From the NCBI GenBank assembly GCA_965221955.1, contig CBDCTA010000002.1, positions 128,001 to 192,000 of the forward strand: 64,000 nucleotides of DNA, written 5' to 3'. Shown one piece after another: positions 53,745 to 64,000 of this stretch. The notes beneath the pieces were generated by a model. It searched no databases. It had not been told where the DNA came from and was given only the letters and a program-made list of their open reading frames with translations. This stretch comes from Gammaproteobacteria bacterium (GTDB taxonomy: Bacteria > Pseudomonadota > Gammaproteobacteria > UBA4575). Each line of letters starts with the position of its first letter. Within the stretch, counting starts at the first letter, position 1. The position numbers and the translations under genes were made by a program.

Positions 53745-54350
53745 TTAGTATTTTTGAGACAAGTCTGCCTCTTGAAGAGAATTGATTTCGTTTTCAATAA
53801 TAGTTTTAGAAAATGTTTCGTCGATTTCTAAAAAAACAATCTGCATAATCTGCATAAAATCTGACTTTTCGCTCACGTTTAATGGTCTATTCAACTTGGA
53901 CTTATAAAGTTTTGCGATATTTGCAATTAGCGTTTTTAGACGGTGTAGGGCGTCTTGATTTGTTTCGCCACGAATATTGTCTGTTGTCCAGTTAATGATA
54001 TCTCTTACGTGCATTAAGTCTGTACGCGTTCGATCTAAAATTTCAGGTAAATATCCAAGTCCAGAAAATGAGGCTTTAGCTTTTAATAAAGGCACTCCAA
54101 ACGTTGGTAATGTATGCAAATCATTTAAAACTTTATTTATGTTTTCAGCAGTACTATCGAGTTGGTCTGCAGTTATTTTGGCTTGAGGAATGTCGAGACT
54201 GCTTTTTACAATCGCATGATAGTCTTCAATGTAGGTTTCAATTTGCTGTATGAATTCATCAACGATATATCTTTTTTCAGCCAGAATACTGCGTATTGCT
54301 TTAGAAGAATATGCGTCTAGAGTATGGTGTTTTACTTTGTATAGAGGCAT
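53745..54350 (-). CDS. Hypothetical protein
   Basis: 201-aa ORF. Confidence 0.6.
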   Translation of the reverse strand: MPLYKVKHHTLDAYSSKAIRSILAEKRYIVDEFIQQIETYIEDYHAIVKSSLDIPQAKITADQLDSTAENINKVLNDLHTLPTFGVPLLKAKASFSGLGYLPEILDRTRTDLMHVRDIINWTTDNIRGETNQDALHRLKTLIANIAKLYKSKLNRPLNVSEKSDFMQIMQIVFLEIDETFSKTIIENEINSLQEADLSQKY

Positions 54351-54432
54351 GTGATTAGTATGATATAGCTTATAATTAATATTATAGGTTTTATTTTATA
54401 TGATTCTATACAAGATAGAACATGTTGCATTT

Positions 54433-56322
54433 TTAATTCAGCATTTTGGTGACAATAGCCTGTAGTTTAGCTGCATCTACTAGGTTGGGTGATAACAGCT
54501 CACCCGCGGTAATTTTAACCCGTGCCCAGATTCGACGTGGTAGGGCGCTTAAAGGCTTACCATGACGATTACTGAAAAAGCTCCCCCACATGCCGTCTAA
54601 GGCAATCGGTATAACGGGAACAGGTGTTTCCTTGAGTATACGTTCGATTCCTGGTTTAAAGTCACTTACTTTACCGTCTAAAGTGAGTTTACCTTCAGGA
54701 AATATGCCTACTATGTTTCCTTTGCGTAATTCTTCAGCAATCTTTTCATAGGCGCGTTCTAATAATTCTGGATTTTCTCTTTTAGGGGCAATGGGGATTG
54801 CATTGGCAGTTTTGAAAATGAAACGTAAAAAAGGAATGTTAAAAATTTTGTGATACATCACGAAGCGAATAGGCCTACGCACACTTCCACCAATAATAAG
54901 CGCATCCATCAGACTGACATGATTAGAAACAATGATCGCTGCGCCTTCTTCAGGAATATTGTCTAAATTAACTTTTTTAATTCTATATACGAGGTTAACT
55001 AAAATCCACGTTATAAAACGCATGAAAAACTCAGGTACTAAAGTGTAAATATAGAGTGCGACAACTGCGTTTAAAATTGCTGCAACTAAAAATAATTGAG
55101 GTATGTTTAATCCAGCATTGATTAATGTGATGGCGTAAATGCCAGCAGCAATCATTAATATGGCATTTAAAATATTATTACCCGCAATAACGCGCGAACG
55201 TCGTTTGGGATTCGAGCGTGCCTGAATCAGTGCATATAGAGGGACAATATAGATGCCACCGAATGTGCCCAGTAAAAATATATCTAACACTAGGCGCCAA
55301 TTTGCACTATTTGATATGAAATCTTTGAATCCAATTAATTCAGTAGTTGCTTGTGTCGAAGTTGAAAAAAATAGATCCGCGCCAAATAAAGTAAGACCAA
55401 TCGATCCAATTGGAACCAGTCCTAATTCAATAGTGCGGTTAGATAAACGTTCACAAGTAAGTGAACCAACTCCGATTCCTATACAAAACAACGCTAGAAA
55501 AAAAGTTACTACTTGTTCATTTGCCCCTAAGGAGAGACGAGTGAAATTTGGTAGTTGGGTTATGTAAGTTGCCCCAAGGAACCAAAACCAAGATACGCCT
55601 AATACAGAGTTAAATACAGTACGGTTTTCTCTTAATACATTTAAGTTATTAAAAGTTTCTAAAAATATATTCCATTTTATTTTATGATTTGGATCAACTG
55701 CAGGGGCAAGAGGAATTTTTAGGCTGCTAATAAACCCAAATAGTGACAACGTAAGTAGTGTGATAGGTATTAGCATTTTGCTACCAGAGGAAGCGCCTAC
55801 TAATATCCCGCCCAACATTGTGCCAAGCAAAATGGCTGCAAATGTGCCCGTTTCAACTAATGCATTACCGCCTACTAATTCATATTTGTTTAGGTGTTGA
55901 GGAATAATAGAATATTTAATTGGCCCAAATAGAGAGGATTGCATACCCATTAAAAACAGTGCAAATAAAAGTAAAGGGATAATTTGAAAATAAAAACCAA
56001 CGGTGGCTAACAACATGATGCCAATTTCAGCTAATTTAATGCGTCTAATTAGAGATGATTTCTCATAACGATCGGCAATTTGTCCTGCCGTGGAAGAGAA
56101 CAGCAAAAAAGGCGTAATGAAAAGAATTGCACCGAGATTAATTATAAAACTTGAATTATCTGTGCCTGAGAAACTGCTTTGAAAAGCAATGGTAATGAAT
56201 AATGCATTTTTGAATACATTGTCATTAAATGCGCCAAAGAACTGGGTGAGAAAGAAAGGGCGGAAGCGCCTTTCTTGGAGTAACTGAAATTGATTATGTG
56301 TGCTTTCGGGTTTATTAGGCAC
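54433..56322 (-). CDS. MFS lysophospholipid transporter fused to a PlsC-type acyltransferase (LplT/Aas-like)
   Basis: TQFFGAFNDNVFK, FGPIKY, NHVSLMD, FPEG. Confidence 0.9.
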   Translation of the reverse strand: MPNKPESTHNQFQLLQERRFRPFFLTQFFGAFNDNVFKNALFITIAFQSSFSGTDNSSFIINLGAILFITPFLLFSSTAGQIADRYEKSSLIRRIKLAEIGIMLLATVGFYFQIIPLLLFALFLMGMQSSLFGPIKYSIIPQHLNKYELVGGNALVETGTFAAILLGTMLGGILVGASSGSKMLIPITLLTLSLFGFISSLKIPLAPAVDPNHKIKWNIFLETFNNLNVLRENRTVFNSVLGVSWFWFLGATYITQLPNFTRLSLGANEQVVTFFLALFCIGIGVGSLTCERLSNRTIELGLVPIGSIGLTLFGADLFFSTSTQATTELIGFKDFISNSANWRLVLDIFLLGTFGGIYIVPLYALIQARSNPKRRSRVIAGNNILNAILMIAAGIYAITLINAGLNIPQLFLVAAILNAVVALYIYTLVPEFFMRFITWILVNLVYRIKKVNLDNIPEEGAAIIVSNHVSLMDALIIGGSVRRPIRFVMYHKIFNIPFLRFIFKTANAIPIAPKRENPELLERAYEKIAEELRKGNIVGIFPEGKLTLDGKVSDFKPGIERILKETPVPVIPIALDGMWGSFFSNRHGKPLSALPRRIWARVKITAGELLSPNLVDAAKLQAIVTKMLN

Positions 56323-56325
56323 TAT

Positions 56326-56754
56326 TTAATGACAACATGCTTGGCCAAACTTTTTTAGACGCCAATAATTATAAGGCCAAGGGGTTAAAAACCCCACTAA
56401 AAGCATAATTGGAATGACCCACCAGACTAATTTCGCACCTCCGGTTAAAAAGTAGTCAGCAATATTCATTGCAACCTCCATGGAGATCATAGAAATAAAA
56501 CTCATGCCCAAAGCCGTTGTAAGTGCTCTGTTAAATTGCATCCCTTTATGACTAAGTATAAAAGTCTCAAGTAATATGCTTGTGATGAGGCCATTAATGA
56601 TCGCTAATGTAAAGATATAGAGAGTCGGTAAACTAAATTTTGTGAATTGAAAAAATGCTATAGTAGAAAAGTCGCCAATTGAACATCCGATTAAACACCA
56701 CATGGTGTTATATGCACTTTCTTTCCAAATTTTTAAATTATTCCAAAAAGCCAT
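56326..56754 (-). CDS. DUF4396-like membrane protein
   Basis: TMWCLIGCSIGD, MSFISMISME, PYNYWRL...ACCH. Confidence 0.8.
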   Translation of the reverse strand: MAFWNNLKIWKESAYNTMWCLIGCSIGDFSTIAFFQFTKFSLPTLYIFTLAIINGLITSILLETFILSHKGMQFNRALTTALGMSFISMISMEVAMNIADYFLTGGAKLVWWVIPIMLLVGFLTPWPYNYWRLKKFGQACCH

Positions 56755-56791
56755 TACTTGAATGAAACTAACTTAATAGTATTCAGACAAT

Positions 56792-56824
56792 AAAAAAAGC
56801 GTGACAAAAAATTTGCCACGCTTT
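56792..56824 (-). terminator. Intrinsic terminator after the ferredoxin gene
   Basis: Minus strand AAAGCGTGGCAAA-TTT-TTTGTCACGCTTTTTTT. Confidence 0.7.
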
Positions 56825-56842
56825 GTAAATATGAAATCTAAC

Positions 56843-57175
56843 TTAAGATTTATAATCAGGATTAACAGGGCCTTGCTCAAAATCCACTTCAACTTCTAGG
56901 TCGGTCTTTAAGCGTGATTGACAGGCTAGAATAAAATTTTCTTTCAGCATATCGCCATCTAATGTGTATGCAAAATCAGTTAATTCTTTAACTTTGCCGC
57001 TGATTAACTTAGCGCGACATGACCCACAAGAACCCACTTTGCAATCACACGGCCATTCAATGCCAGCATTTTTTGCAGCTTGTAAAAGGTTAATACCGCC
57101 TTTAACTTCAAAAGTCTGACCTGTATTTTTAATGGTTACTTTGAAGTCTTTATTTTTCCCACCTAATCCAAACAT
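56843..57175 (-). CDS. Plant-type 2Fe-2S ferredoxin
   Basis: CKVGSCGSC...LACQ. Confidence 0.92.
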   Translation of the reverse strand: MFGLGGKNKDFKVTIKNTGQTFEVKGGINLLQAAKNAGIEWPCDCKVGSCGSCRAKLISGKVKELTDFAYTLDGDMLKENFILACQSRLKTDLEVEVDFEQGPVNPDYKS

Positions 57176-57898
57176 GTTGCGTTCTCCTGTAGTAGGTTAT
57201 GGGCAGCTTTTGTTAAGTAGGCTGCGTTCAATATCAAGTTCGAATCATAACGCTTTCAAGCATTAAGTCGAATATTTTTAGCATAAAATGTTTTATTATA
57301 TACAACAAAACACCCAATAATGAATGCTTGGGTATATATCTAGTGATAGGTTTTTGTGTTTTTAGACTGAAATCTGGTCGATCTATATATTCATACAAAA
57401 GCTAGTTGAGAAACTGATGTTGATCATTAGAAATGAATCCCATTCAAATGTATCAGAAATTCATATTTTGTAAGACCTGTTTTGAGCTAAGTACATATGC
57501 ATATTTTTGAAATTCATTATAAGACTCTACTTAAGAACAATTTTGACAGCATAGTGACTAGCTGAAATTTAGTGCAGACTGGTCATTCAAATATGTGAAA
57601 TTTGCCAAATTTTTGGACAGAACTGGACAATCGCTATTTTTAATATAACGTATTGTTTATAAGTGAATTGTTCTTGGTTAGGACAAATCATCGAATTCAT
57701 CAAGTGCACAGTTAGCACTCTAAATGCTTCACTGGTTCTACTCGGTCACTGTTTTTATTTTCTAAATCGCTAAAATTTTACTTTGAATCAATACATTGGA
57801 GTTGGAGTAAAAGGACTTAATCCTGATAGATTGGTTTGTCTAAGAGTAAATTAGTGTGCTCGTAGGCTCCGTCTCTACGCATAGTTCTGTGAATCATC

Positions 57899-60793
57899 AT
57901 GTCGATCAAAACAAGTTCAAAATTGAGTGAAATAAATAAGCTTACTAATGAAACTCTTTCCGATGGTGGAAATTCTACAGCTGTAGAATTGATGTGTCGT
58001 TTTGACGGAAGAATTATCGAAGCAAATCAAGTGGCACGTGATTTAGCTAAAACGTTAAAAGCATCTAAAATAAATCACCTTCTTCCCGACGATCATTTCG
58101 AGTTAGTGAATAGAGCATTACATAGTGGTGATGTAATAGTTTCTGCAAATCAAATTAGTGGAATAAACTTTGAATGGAAATATTTTCTTGATCAAAGAAG
58201 CAAAGTAATTCGTATTGAGAGTGTTAGATACGAAAAAATGTCGGAAACTGACAGCAGTGCTAGTACTGCATTAGGCGAAAGCTGGTCAAACATTATCGAT
58301 TCAATTCCAGTTGCAGTTTGTGTTACCGAAAATAATAGCGATGAGGTTAAATATATTAATCAACTCGCACGTCGTATATTTAATATCATTCCAGGTAATG
58401 AAAGACGAGTGTGTATTCGTTTGCGTAATTTTTTTTCTGATGCGAATGCCATTAAAAAAATTAATAAATTGCTCGTAGAACAAGGTTTTGTTAGAGATCT
58501 TAAAGTTTCTACTCTGGGAAAAAATAGTAGTCGCTGGGAAAAAGATGAAAAATGGTTGCAAGTAAATATTAAATTAATTCGTAAAGCAGAAGGGTCATTC
58601 TTAATATGGACTTTTACAGATCATACTTGGGGTACGAAAACTGAAGCAGCCTTACTTGAGAGTGAGAATAAATTCCAAAATGTCATTCAAGGTGCCCAGG
58701 AAGGGATTTGGGAATGGCAAGCTGGCTTAGAAGGGTCTGAGTGGTGGTCTCAGCCAATGTATGAATTGCTCGGATTAAAGGTAGATGAATGTGAAATAGG
58801 ATTATCTCAGTTGCAAAAACTCATTCATCCTGATGAACGTGAACTTTTTTCCAATGTTTGGGCAGAATTAATCAACGATAAAGGAAAGCAATTTCTTGTT
58901 GAGGCACGCATTGCTGTAAAAGAAAAAGGTTACAGGTGGTTTGTAATTCGTGGCACTGCTGATTATGACTATACAGGTAATGCCAAAAAAGTAGTTGGTT
59001 CGATTAGTGATATTCATTTGCAAAAGCAAACTCAAGTGCAGCTAGCAGAAGAAAAAGACAAAGTAGTCGCTACATTGCGTTCTATTGTAGATGCGGTGAT
59101 TACAACCAATGAGCGTGGCGAAGTCCAATATATTAATCAGGCGGCGGTCCGATTTTTAAATTGTTCTGAAGGTCAGGCGCGTGGAAAGCATATTGAAAAG
59201 GTAATCGATCTTTATGAAGAAGAATCTGATCAGAAAATTGAAAACCCTATACTCTCTTGTTTGTCTGGCAGCCAAAAGAAAAATCAAAAATTAAATGCAG
59301 ATATTGTTACTAAGACAGGTGCCAAGTATACAGTACAGTTAATGGTAACACCGTTAATTTCGCAAAATGGCAAACTTTATGGTGCGGTGACAGTGATGAA
59401 TGATGTTACTAACTTACGTTTATTGGCTCGACGTCTGCGCTATCAGGCTAGCCATGACTCATTAACTAGTTTGATTAATCGCTCTGAGTTTGAGCGTAAT
59501 GTTCGAAAAGCAATTCTTAATGCCAAAACTAAACATAAGAAAAGCTCACTCATTTACCTAGACCTTGATCGTTTCAAGATGGTAAATGATCTATATGGGC
59601 ATGCTGCGGGTGACGAGCTGCTTATTCAATTTAGTAACTTAGTTAAAAGTAAATTACGAGGAAGTGATATTCTAGCGCGTTTAGGTGGCGATGAATTTGC
59701 GTTATTACTTTCTGACTGTTCATTAGACCAGGCAGAAGAAAAAGCGCACGAGATATTAAAATCAATCCAAGAGTATAAGTTCATTTGGGAACAAAAAAGC
59801 TTTAATGTGGAAGCCAGTATTGGTGTAGCTGAAGTCAATAAAAAATGTTTTGATCTCTCTTATGCTTTATCGGCGGTGGATGGTGCTTGTTATTTAGCAA
59901 AAGAATCCGGTAGGAATTGCGTTCGTGTATTCAGGGAAGGTGATGAAAACATTAATCGCCGCCGCGGTCAGGAGCGTTGGCTACAGCGTTTCGATAAAGC
60001 ATTAAACGAAGGGCGTTTAGTAGTGACAGCCCAGTCAATTATTAACATTAAGGCGAATAAAGATATACAAATTGATAAGAACGGCTTCGAAATTTTGATT
60101 CGAATGCAGGATGATAACGGACGACTTGTGCCACCCAATGCATTCTTGCCGGCAGTAGAGCGCTATAATCGTGCTCCAAAGCTTGATAGATGGATTCTAG
60201 ATAAAGTTTTATTGTTACTAGCTGATAATCGACAAGTATTATCGCAAATTGATAAATGCTCAATTAACCTTTCTGGACAGTCTTTAGTATCGGAAGGTTT
60301 TTTGCATTTTATTATGGCGAAGCTCAAAGAATACAAGATAGATCCAAGTAAAATTTGTTTTGAAATTACTGAGACAGCAGCAATTGCTAACTTAGATCAG
60401 GCCACTTCTTTTGTGCAAAGTCTTAAAGATTTGGGTTGCTATTTTGCGCTAGATGATTTTGGTGCTGGATTATCTTCATTTGCATACTTGAAAACGTTAC
60501 CTGTCGATTTTTTAAAGATAGACGGTATGTTCGTCAAAGATATCCATAATGACGATGTGAGTCGAGCTATGGTGAAAGCGATTAATGATATGGGTCATGT
60601 GTTGGGTAAACAAACCATAGCTGAGTATGTTGAGAATGAGGAAATACTCGATATATTGAAAGAAATCGGTGTGGATTTTGCACAAGGTTTTCATGCTGGT
60701 AGACCTGAACCTATTCTAGATTTTTTTGAGTCATCACAATTTAAAGTTGTAAGACCTAAAGTTCGCAAGTTATTTGCGGTCGGAGGGCATTAA
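57899..60793 (+). CDS. Cytoplasmic multi-PAS GGDEF-EAL protein
   Basis: GIWEW...IHPDE PAS, RGSD I-site, GGDEF, EIL, DDFGAGLSSFAYL, AEYVE. Confidence 0.93.
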   Translation: MSIKTSSKLSEINKLTNETLSDGGNSTAVELMCRFDGRIIEANQVARDLAKTLKASKINHLLPDDHFELVNRALHSGDVIVSANQISGINFEWKYFLDQRSKVIRIESVRYEKMSETDSSASTALGESWSNIIDSIPVAVCVTENNSDEVKYINQLARRIFNIIPGNERRVCIRLRNFFSDANAIKKINKLLVEQGFVRDLKVSTLGKNSSRWEKDEKWLQVNIKLIRKAEGSFLIWTFTDHTWGTKTEAALLESENKFQNVIQGAQEGIWEWQAGLEGSEWWSQPMYELLGLKVDECEIGLSQLQKLIHPDERELFSNVWAELINDKGKQFLVEARIAVKEKGYRWFVIRGTADYDYTGNAKKVVGSISDIHLQKQTQVQLAEEKDKVVATLRSIVDAVITTNERGEVQYINQAAVRFLNCSEGQARGKHIEKVIDLYEEESDQKIENPILSCLSGSQKKNQKLNADIVTKTGAKYTVQLMVTPLISQNGKLYGAVTVMNDVTNLRLLARRLRYQASHDSLTSLINRSEFERNVRKAILNAKTKHKKSSLIYLDLDRFKMVNDLYGHAAGDELLIQFSNLVKSKLRGSDILARLGGDEFALLLSDCSLDQAEEKAHEILKSIQEYKFIWEQKSFNVEASIGVAEVNKKCFDLSYALSAVDGACYLAKESGRNCVRVFREGDENINRRRGQERWLQRFDKALNEGRLVVTAQSIINIKANKDIQIDKNGFEILIRMQDDNGRLVPPNAFLPAVERYNRAPKLDRWILDKVLLLLADNRQVLSQIDKCSINLSGQSLVSEGFLHFIMAKLKEYKIDPSKICFEITETAAIANLDQATSFVQSLKDLGCYFALDDFGAGLSSFAYLKTLPVDFLKIDGMFVKDIHNDDVSRAMVKAINDMGHVLGKQTIAEYVENEEILDILKEIGVDFAQGFHAGRPEPILDFFESSQFKVVRPKVRKLFAVGGH

Positions 60794-60817
60794 TTTAAAA
60801 GATTTATTCCTGAGACT

Positions 60818-61381
60818 CTAACCCAAGGTTTCAAGTGACATAATCGTTGAATAAGATTCTGCAGTGTGAAATCTAGCTACTGATGAATAATGTTCAGTCG
60901 CACCTAGTAATTGCACTTCAAGAACGTATTTTTTTTCTTCATCACTACAGACATACTCTCTAAGTGTTTGCGCAGTGATATCGGCTTGGTCTTTGCAGAC
61001 TAATGGATAAAATTTTGTTGCAAATAAATATTGTTGTTCAGAATTGCGTATAGTGTCTTGTCTTAATCGGTATTCACCAGTAGTTTTTGTATCCGCTTTA
61101 TTGCTTACACGTTGTACTAAGATGTCAACTGAGCCAACGTCGAGTTGCATCATCATTGCGCTATTTCGATCGAGTTGCGCATCCATATAAGCCATTTTTT
61201 TAATAAATGTTTCAGCAGACTCTTTTACATGCGATTTGCGAAGTTGACGATCAATCTGTTCATCACCAAGTTGTTCACGATATTGAATGCGGATGCCAGA
61301 ACGGTCAATAAAAATTCCCATGATATCGATCGGATATTCTCCTTCAAGATAATCGCGAAATTTTTCAGTATCTAAAGCCAT
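60818..61381 (-). CDS. Hypothetical protein
   Basis: 187-aa ORF. Confidence 0.65.
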   Translation of the reverse strand: MALDTEKFRDYLEGEYPIDIMGIFIDRSGIRIQYREQLGDEQIDRQLRKSHVKESAETFIKKMAYMDAQLDRNSAMMMQLDVGSVDILVQRVSNKADTKTTGEYRLRQDTIRNSEQQYLFATKFYPLVCKDQADITAQTLREYVCSDEEKKYVLEVQLLGATEHYSSVARFHTAESYSTIMSLETLG

Positions 61382-61486
61382 TGTTGTCCATGAATAGTTA
61401 AACTTTTAAGCCAGAAACCGTTGGGCCTGAAAAGCTATTTTCAGGGATTTTTAAGGTGCTTTTGCGCTCTAGGTGACTAAGCGTTA

Positions 61487-61672
61487 TTAATTACAGGTTG
61501 AAATTCCAAATGGAAGATAGGCAGGACACCAGCCAGTAATGCCTGTAAATACTGGAATGATTCCAATTAAGCCAAACCACCATACGCCTCCAAAGGCAAG
61601 CGCGAGACCAATTAGCAGCAAGCCAACAATGATTCTTAGCATGCGATCAGTTTCACCAACGTTTTCATTCAT
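61487..61672 (-). CDS. DUF2892/YgaP-like membrane protein
   Basis: NVGETDRMLRIIVG...TG..GWCPAY.PFGISTC; RBS AAGGAG. Confidence 0.9.
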   Translation of the reverse strand: MNENVGETDRMLRIIVGLLLIGLALAFGGVWWFGLIGIIPVFTGITGWCPAYLPFGISTCN

Positions 61673-61999
61673 TTTATAACTCCTTCTTTGTATATGTCGG
61701 GCTTTTAAAAGCCTCTAGTTTTTTTCACTTTATATCTAATCAACACACATTTTTGAAGTATAGCAGCCTATGAAACACGGCCTATATTTGTCTTAGGCCT
61801 ACATTTTGCAAAGAATAAAACTATCAAACTACCATTTATCTTTTTTTTGTGACCACTGATTATGTATACCATTAGTTTGGCTAATAATTGTTGGATATCA
61901 GCAGCAAGCATAATGTGGAAATTGTGATTAAGCTCTGTGAATATTTTTGTTACTTTGAGCAGAATATGTTCTACACATTTAGGAGTGAGTGAGAGCGTA

Positions 62000-62206
62000 A
62001 TGTCTTTTTTAGATAAATTTAAAAAATCGGAAAATGTCGTTGAGTCAACTAAAGATCATCAAGTAGCTGATGGTGAAGTGGATCATTTGTGGATGAAAGA
62101 GGACCTCGATGCAAAAAAACCAAAACTAGAGCATAACCCAAAAATTGACACTGGAATTTTACGTAATCAAATTGCCGAAAAAATCGCAAAAATGAATAAT
62201 AACTAA
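62000..62206 (+). CDS. Small hypothetical protein
   Basis: MSFLDKFKK..., AGGAG upstream. Confidence 0.55.
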   Translation: MSFLDKFKKSENVVESTKDHQVADGEVDHLWMKEDLDAKKPKLEHNPKIDTGILRNQIAEKIAKMNNN

Positions 62207-62386
62207 GATATCTCTCGGTTTCTTAAAACGCTATAAAAAATTTCTTAGCAATCATTTCCAATCATTATTAATCTCTATGATACGACCTGTACATAGGCCG
62301 TACATAGTTTAGTTACCTAATAACATTTGTTTCGTGCTTTTTGCCTTTGTGGCAAGATTGGAATAAATTCCAATCTAAGCTTTTCT

Positions 62387-63217
62387 ATGCATTATCTGTA
62401 TTCACTGTTGTTCATTATATTGATCTATGCTGCTAGTTGTGTGGCACTTGCAGAAGTGTCATATAAACTGACTGGTGATTTTGTCCAAGGTGGTTTGGTA
62501 TATGGGCAGACAGAACCAGGTTCAATAGTAAAAATTAATAATCACGAAGTGCGTGTTTCAAAAAATGGTGAATTTATTATTGGATTCGGTCGAGACTACC
62601 CAAAGAACTCAATGTTATCGATTCACTCAAAAGATGGTTCAATCACTCAGCATGAGTTACAAGTTGCTCAACGAGAATATGAAATTCAGCATATTAATGG
62701 CTTGCCTAATGCTCAAGTGAATCCTGATAAAGAAACACTGGTACGAATTAAACAAGAACAAGAAAGTATCCGAAAAGCACGCAACTTAGATGAAGATCGA
62801 CTAGATTTTAATAGCGGCTTTATTTGGCCCGCTCAGGGACCCATTACAGGTGTTTTTGGTAGTCAGCGGATACTCAATGGTGAGCCTAGGCAGCCTCATT
62901 ATGGAATTGATGTTGCCGCACCAGTAGGAACGCCGGTAGTGGCACCCGCAGCAGGTGTGGTGACTTATGTTGCCGATATGTATTTTTCAGGGGGTACTTT
63001 AGTGTTGGACCATGGTCACCGATTATCTTCATCCTTTTTGCACCTAGAAAAAATTTTGGTTGAGGTGGGTGATCGTGTTAAGCAAGGAGATAAAATTGCA
63101 TTGGTAGGTGCAACCGGTAGAGTAACAGGTGCGCATTTGGATTGGCGCATGAATTGGCATCAACAACGTATTGACCCTGGTCTACTGATGGGGAATGATG
63201 AGAAAAGCAATAAGTAA
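62387..63217 (+). CDS. M23 family metallopeptidase
   Basis: HYGID, HLEK, GATGRVTGAHLDW. Confidence 0.92.
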   Translation: MHYLYSLLFIILIYAASCVALAEVSYKLTGDFVQGGLVYGQTEPGSIVKINNHEVRVSKNGEFIIGFGRDYPKNSMLSIHSKDGSITQHELQVAQREYEIQHINGLPNAQVNPDKETLVRIKQEQESIRKARNLDEDRLDFNSGFIWPAQGPITGVFGSQRILNGEPRQPHYGIDVAAPVGTPVVAPAAGVVTYVADMYFSGGTLVLDHGHRLSSSFLHLEKILVEVGDRVKQGDKIALVGATGRVTGAHLDWRMNWHQQRIDPGLLMGNDEKSNK

Positions 63218-63300
63218 GATATATCAGTAAGATAAGAGCAGATTCTAATCTAATATTTCAACTGAAAATAATAACGTATACCTAATAAATGTAAGGATAG

Positions 63301-63852
63301 ATGAGTAACTCCGGTCTAAATAGTGATGCTAGAACCTCGCAATTTGAAGCGATGGTAAATGCCTATTCGACAGATTTGTATCGATATGGCCTATGGCTGA
63401 CAAAGGATGCCCAAGTGGCCGAGGACTTGGTTCAAGAGACCTTTTTGAGGGCCTGGAAAGCGATGGATTCGCTTAAAGATCCAAATGCAATGAAAAGCTG
63501 GCTGTTTACCATTTATCGTCGCGAGAATGCGAGGCGTTTTGAAAAGGTAAGACCTGAAACTACGCCAATTGACGATGTAAATGTCGATCAATTTGCTCAA
63601 GTGGATGACACCTTCGCTAAAACGGAAGTGATTGCCTTGCGTAAGAGTTTGAAGGATTTGCCGGAGGAATATTTAGAACCACTTTTGCTGCAAGTTTTGG
63701 GTGGTTATAGCTGTGATGAAATAGGAGAAATTGTTGGCATTAAATCGGGCGCGGTGATGACAAGATTATTTCGTGCACGTAAAAAATTACGTGCAATCCT
63801 GGAAGATGATGGATTGGAAATAGACGAGCCGAGTAATGTTACCGAGATTTAA
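63301..63852 (+). CDS. ECF sigma-70 factor
   Basis: AEDLVQETFLRAW, WLFTI, region 4 GYSCDEIG...VMTRLFRAR. Confidence 0.93.
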   Translation: MSNSGLNSDARTSQFEAMVNAYSTDLYRYGLWLTKDAQVAEDLVQETFLRAWKAMDSLKDPNAMKSWLFTIYRRENARRFEKVRPETTPIDDVNVDQFAQVDDTFAKTEVIALRKSLKDLPEEYLEPLLLQVLGGYSCDEIGEIVGIKSGAVMTRLFRARKKLRAILEDDGLEIDEPSNVTEI

Positions 63853-63867
63853 CACTTAAGAGTAATT

Positions 63868-64000
63868 ATGGAAACACTTTGTTTAGATACACGTCGTGCA
63901 CTTACAATCGATCCAGATTGTAGAGAAGAGCAGGTATTACAGCACCTCTCTTCTTGTGAGTCTTGTGCAGATTTTTTGCAAGGTATTAAACAGTTCGATC
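63868..64000 (+). CDS. Zinc-binding anti-sigma factor (DUF3379-like), 3'-truncated
   Basis: METLCLDTRRALTIDP...QHLSSCESC, an HxxxCxxC (ZAS) motif, directly after the sigma gene. Confidence 0.8.
   Translation, partial: METLCLDTRRALTIDPDCREEQVLQHLSSCESCADFLQGIKQFD

Overview
64-kb chromosomal segment of an AT-rich gammaproteobacterium (assigned by protein similarity and gene order). Most of it is housekeeping: amiE(3')-cbbQ-cbbO-acs, bepA, tusA, ilvH-ilvC-psd-pssA-leuA (with a Leu leader peptide), udg-rimI-prfC-cmoA-cmoB (frameshifted), addB-like, fdxA, mutS, cinA-thpR-recA-recX-alaS-lysC-csrA, tRNA-Ser(GCT), tRNA-Arg(ACG), msrPQ, glpK-glpQ-glpD and an unusual tRNA-Arg(TCG). A more accessory right part follows: PLA2-like lipoprotein, lexA-dinB, small proteins, MarR, MerR, photolyase, LRAT-like, LplT/Aas-like, PAS-GGDEF-EAL, M23 peptidase and an ECF sigma/anti-sigma pair. 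Best leads: (1) an alphaproteobacterial-type LexA with a perfect 20-bp inverted repeat made of GTTC-N7-GTTC / GAAC-N7-GAAC boxes, driving a lexA-dinB cassette whose 3' end is reiterated as a ~49-bp tandem array; (2) a CbbQ/CbbO chaperone pair between an aliphatic amidase and acetyl-CoA synthetase, not beside Rubisco or Nor; (3) a small two-hairpin repeat with GGA loops (CsrA-site-like) nested inside a MITE and inside split tRNA fragments; (4) a lone pilin-like gene coupled to a membrane GGDEF-EAL protein; (5) tRNA-Arg(TCG), apparently derived from the ACG gene with compensatory stem changes. No CRISPR array, integrase or transposase was seen. All family calls are from motif recognition, not database searches.
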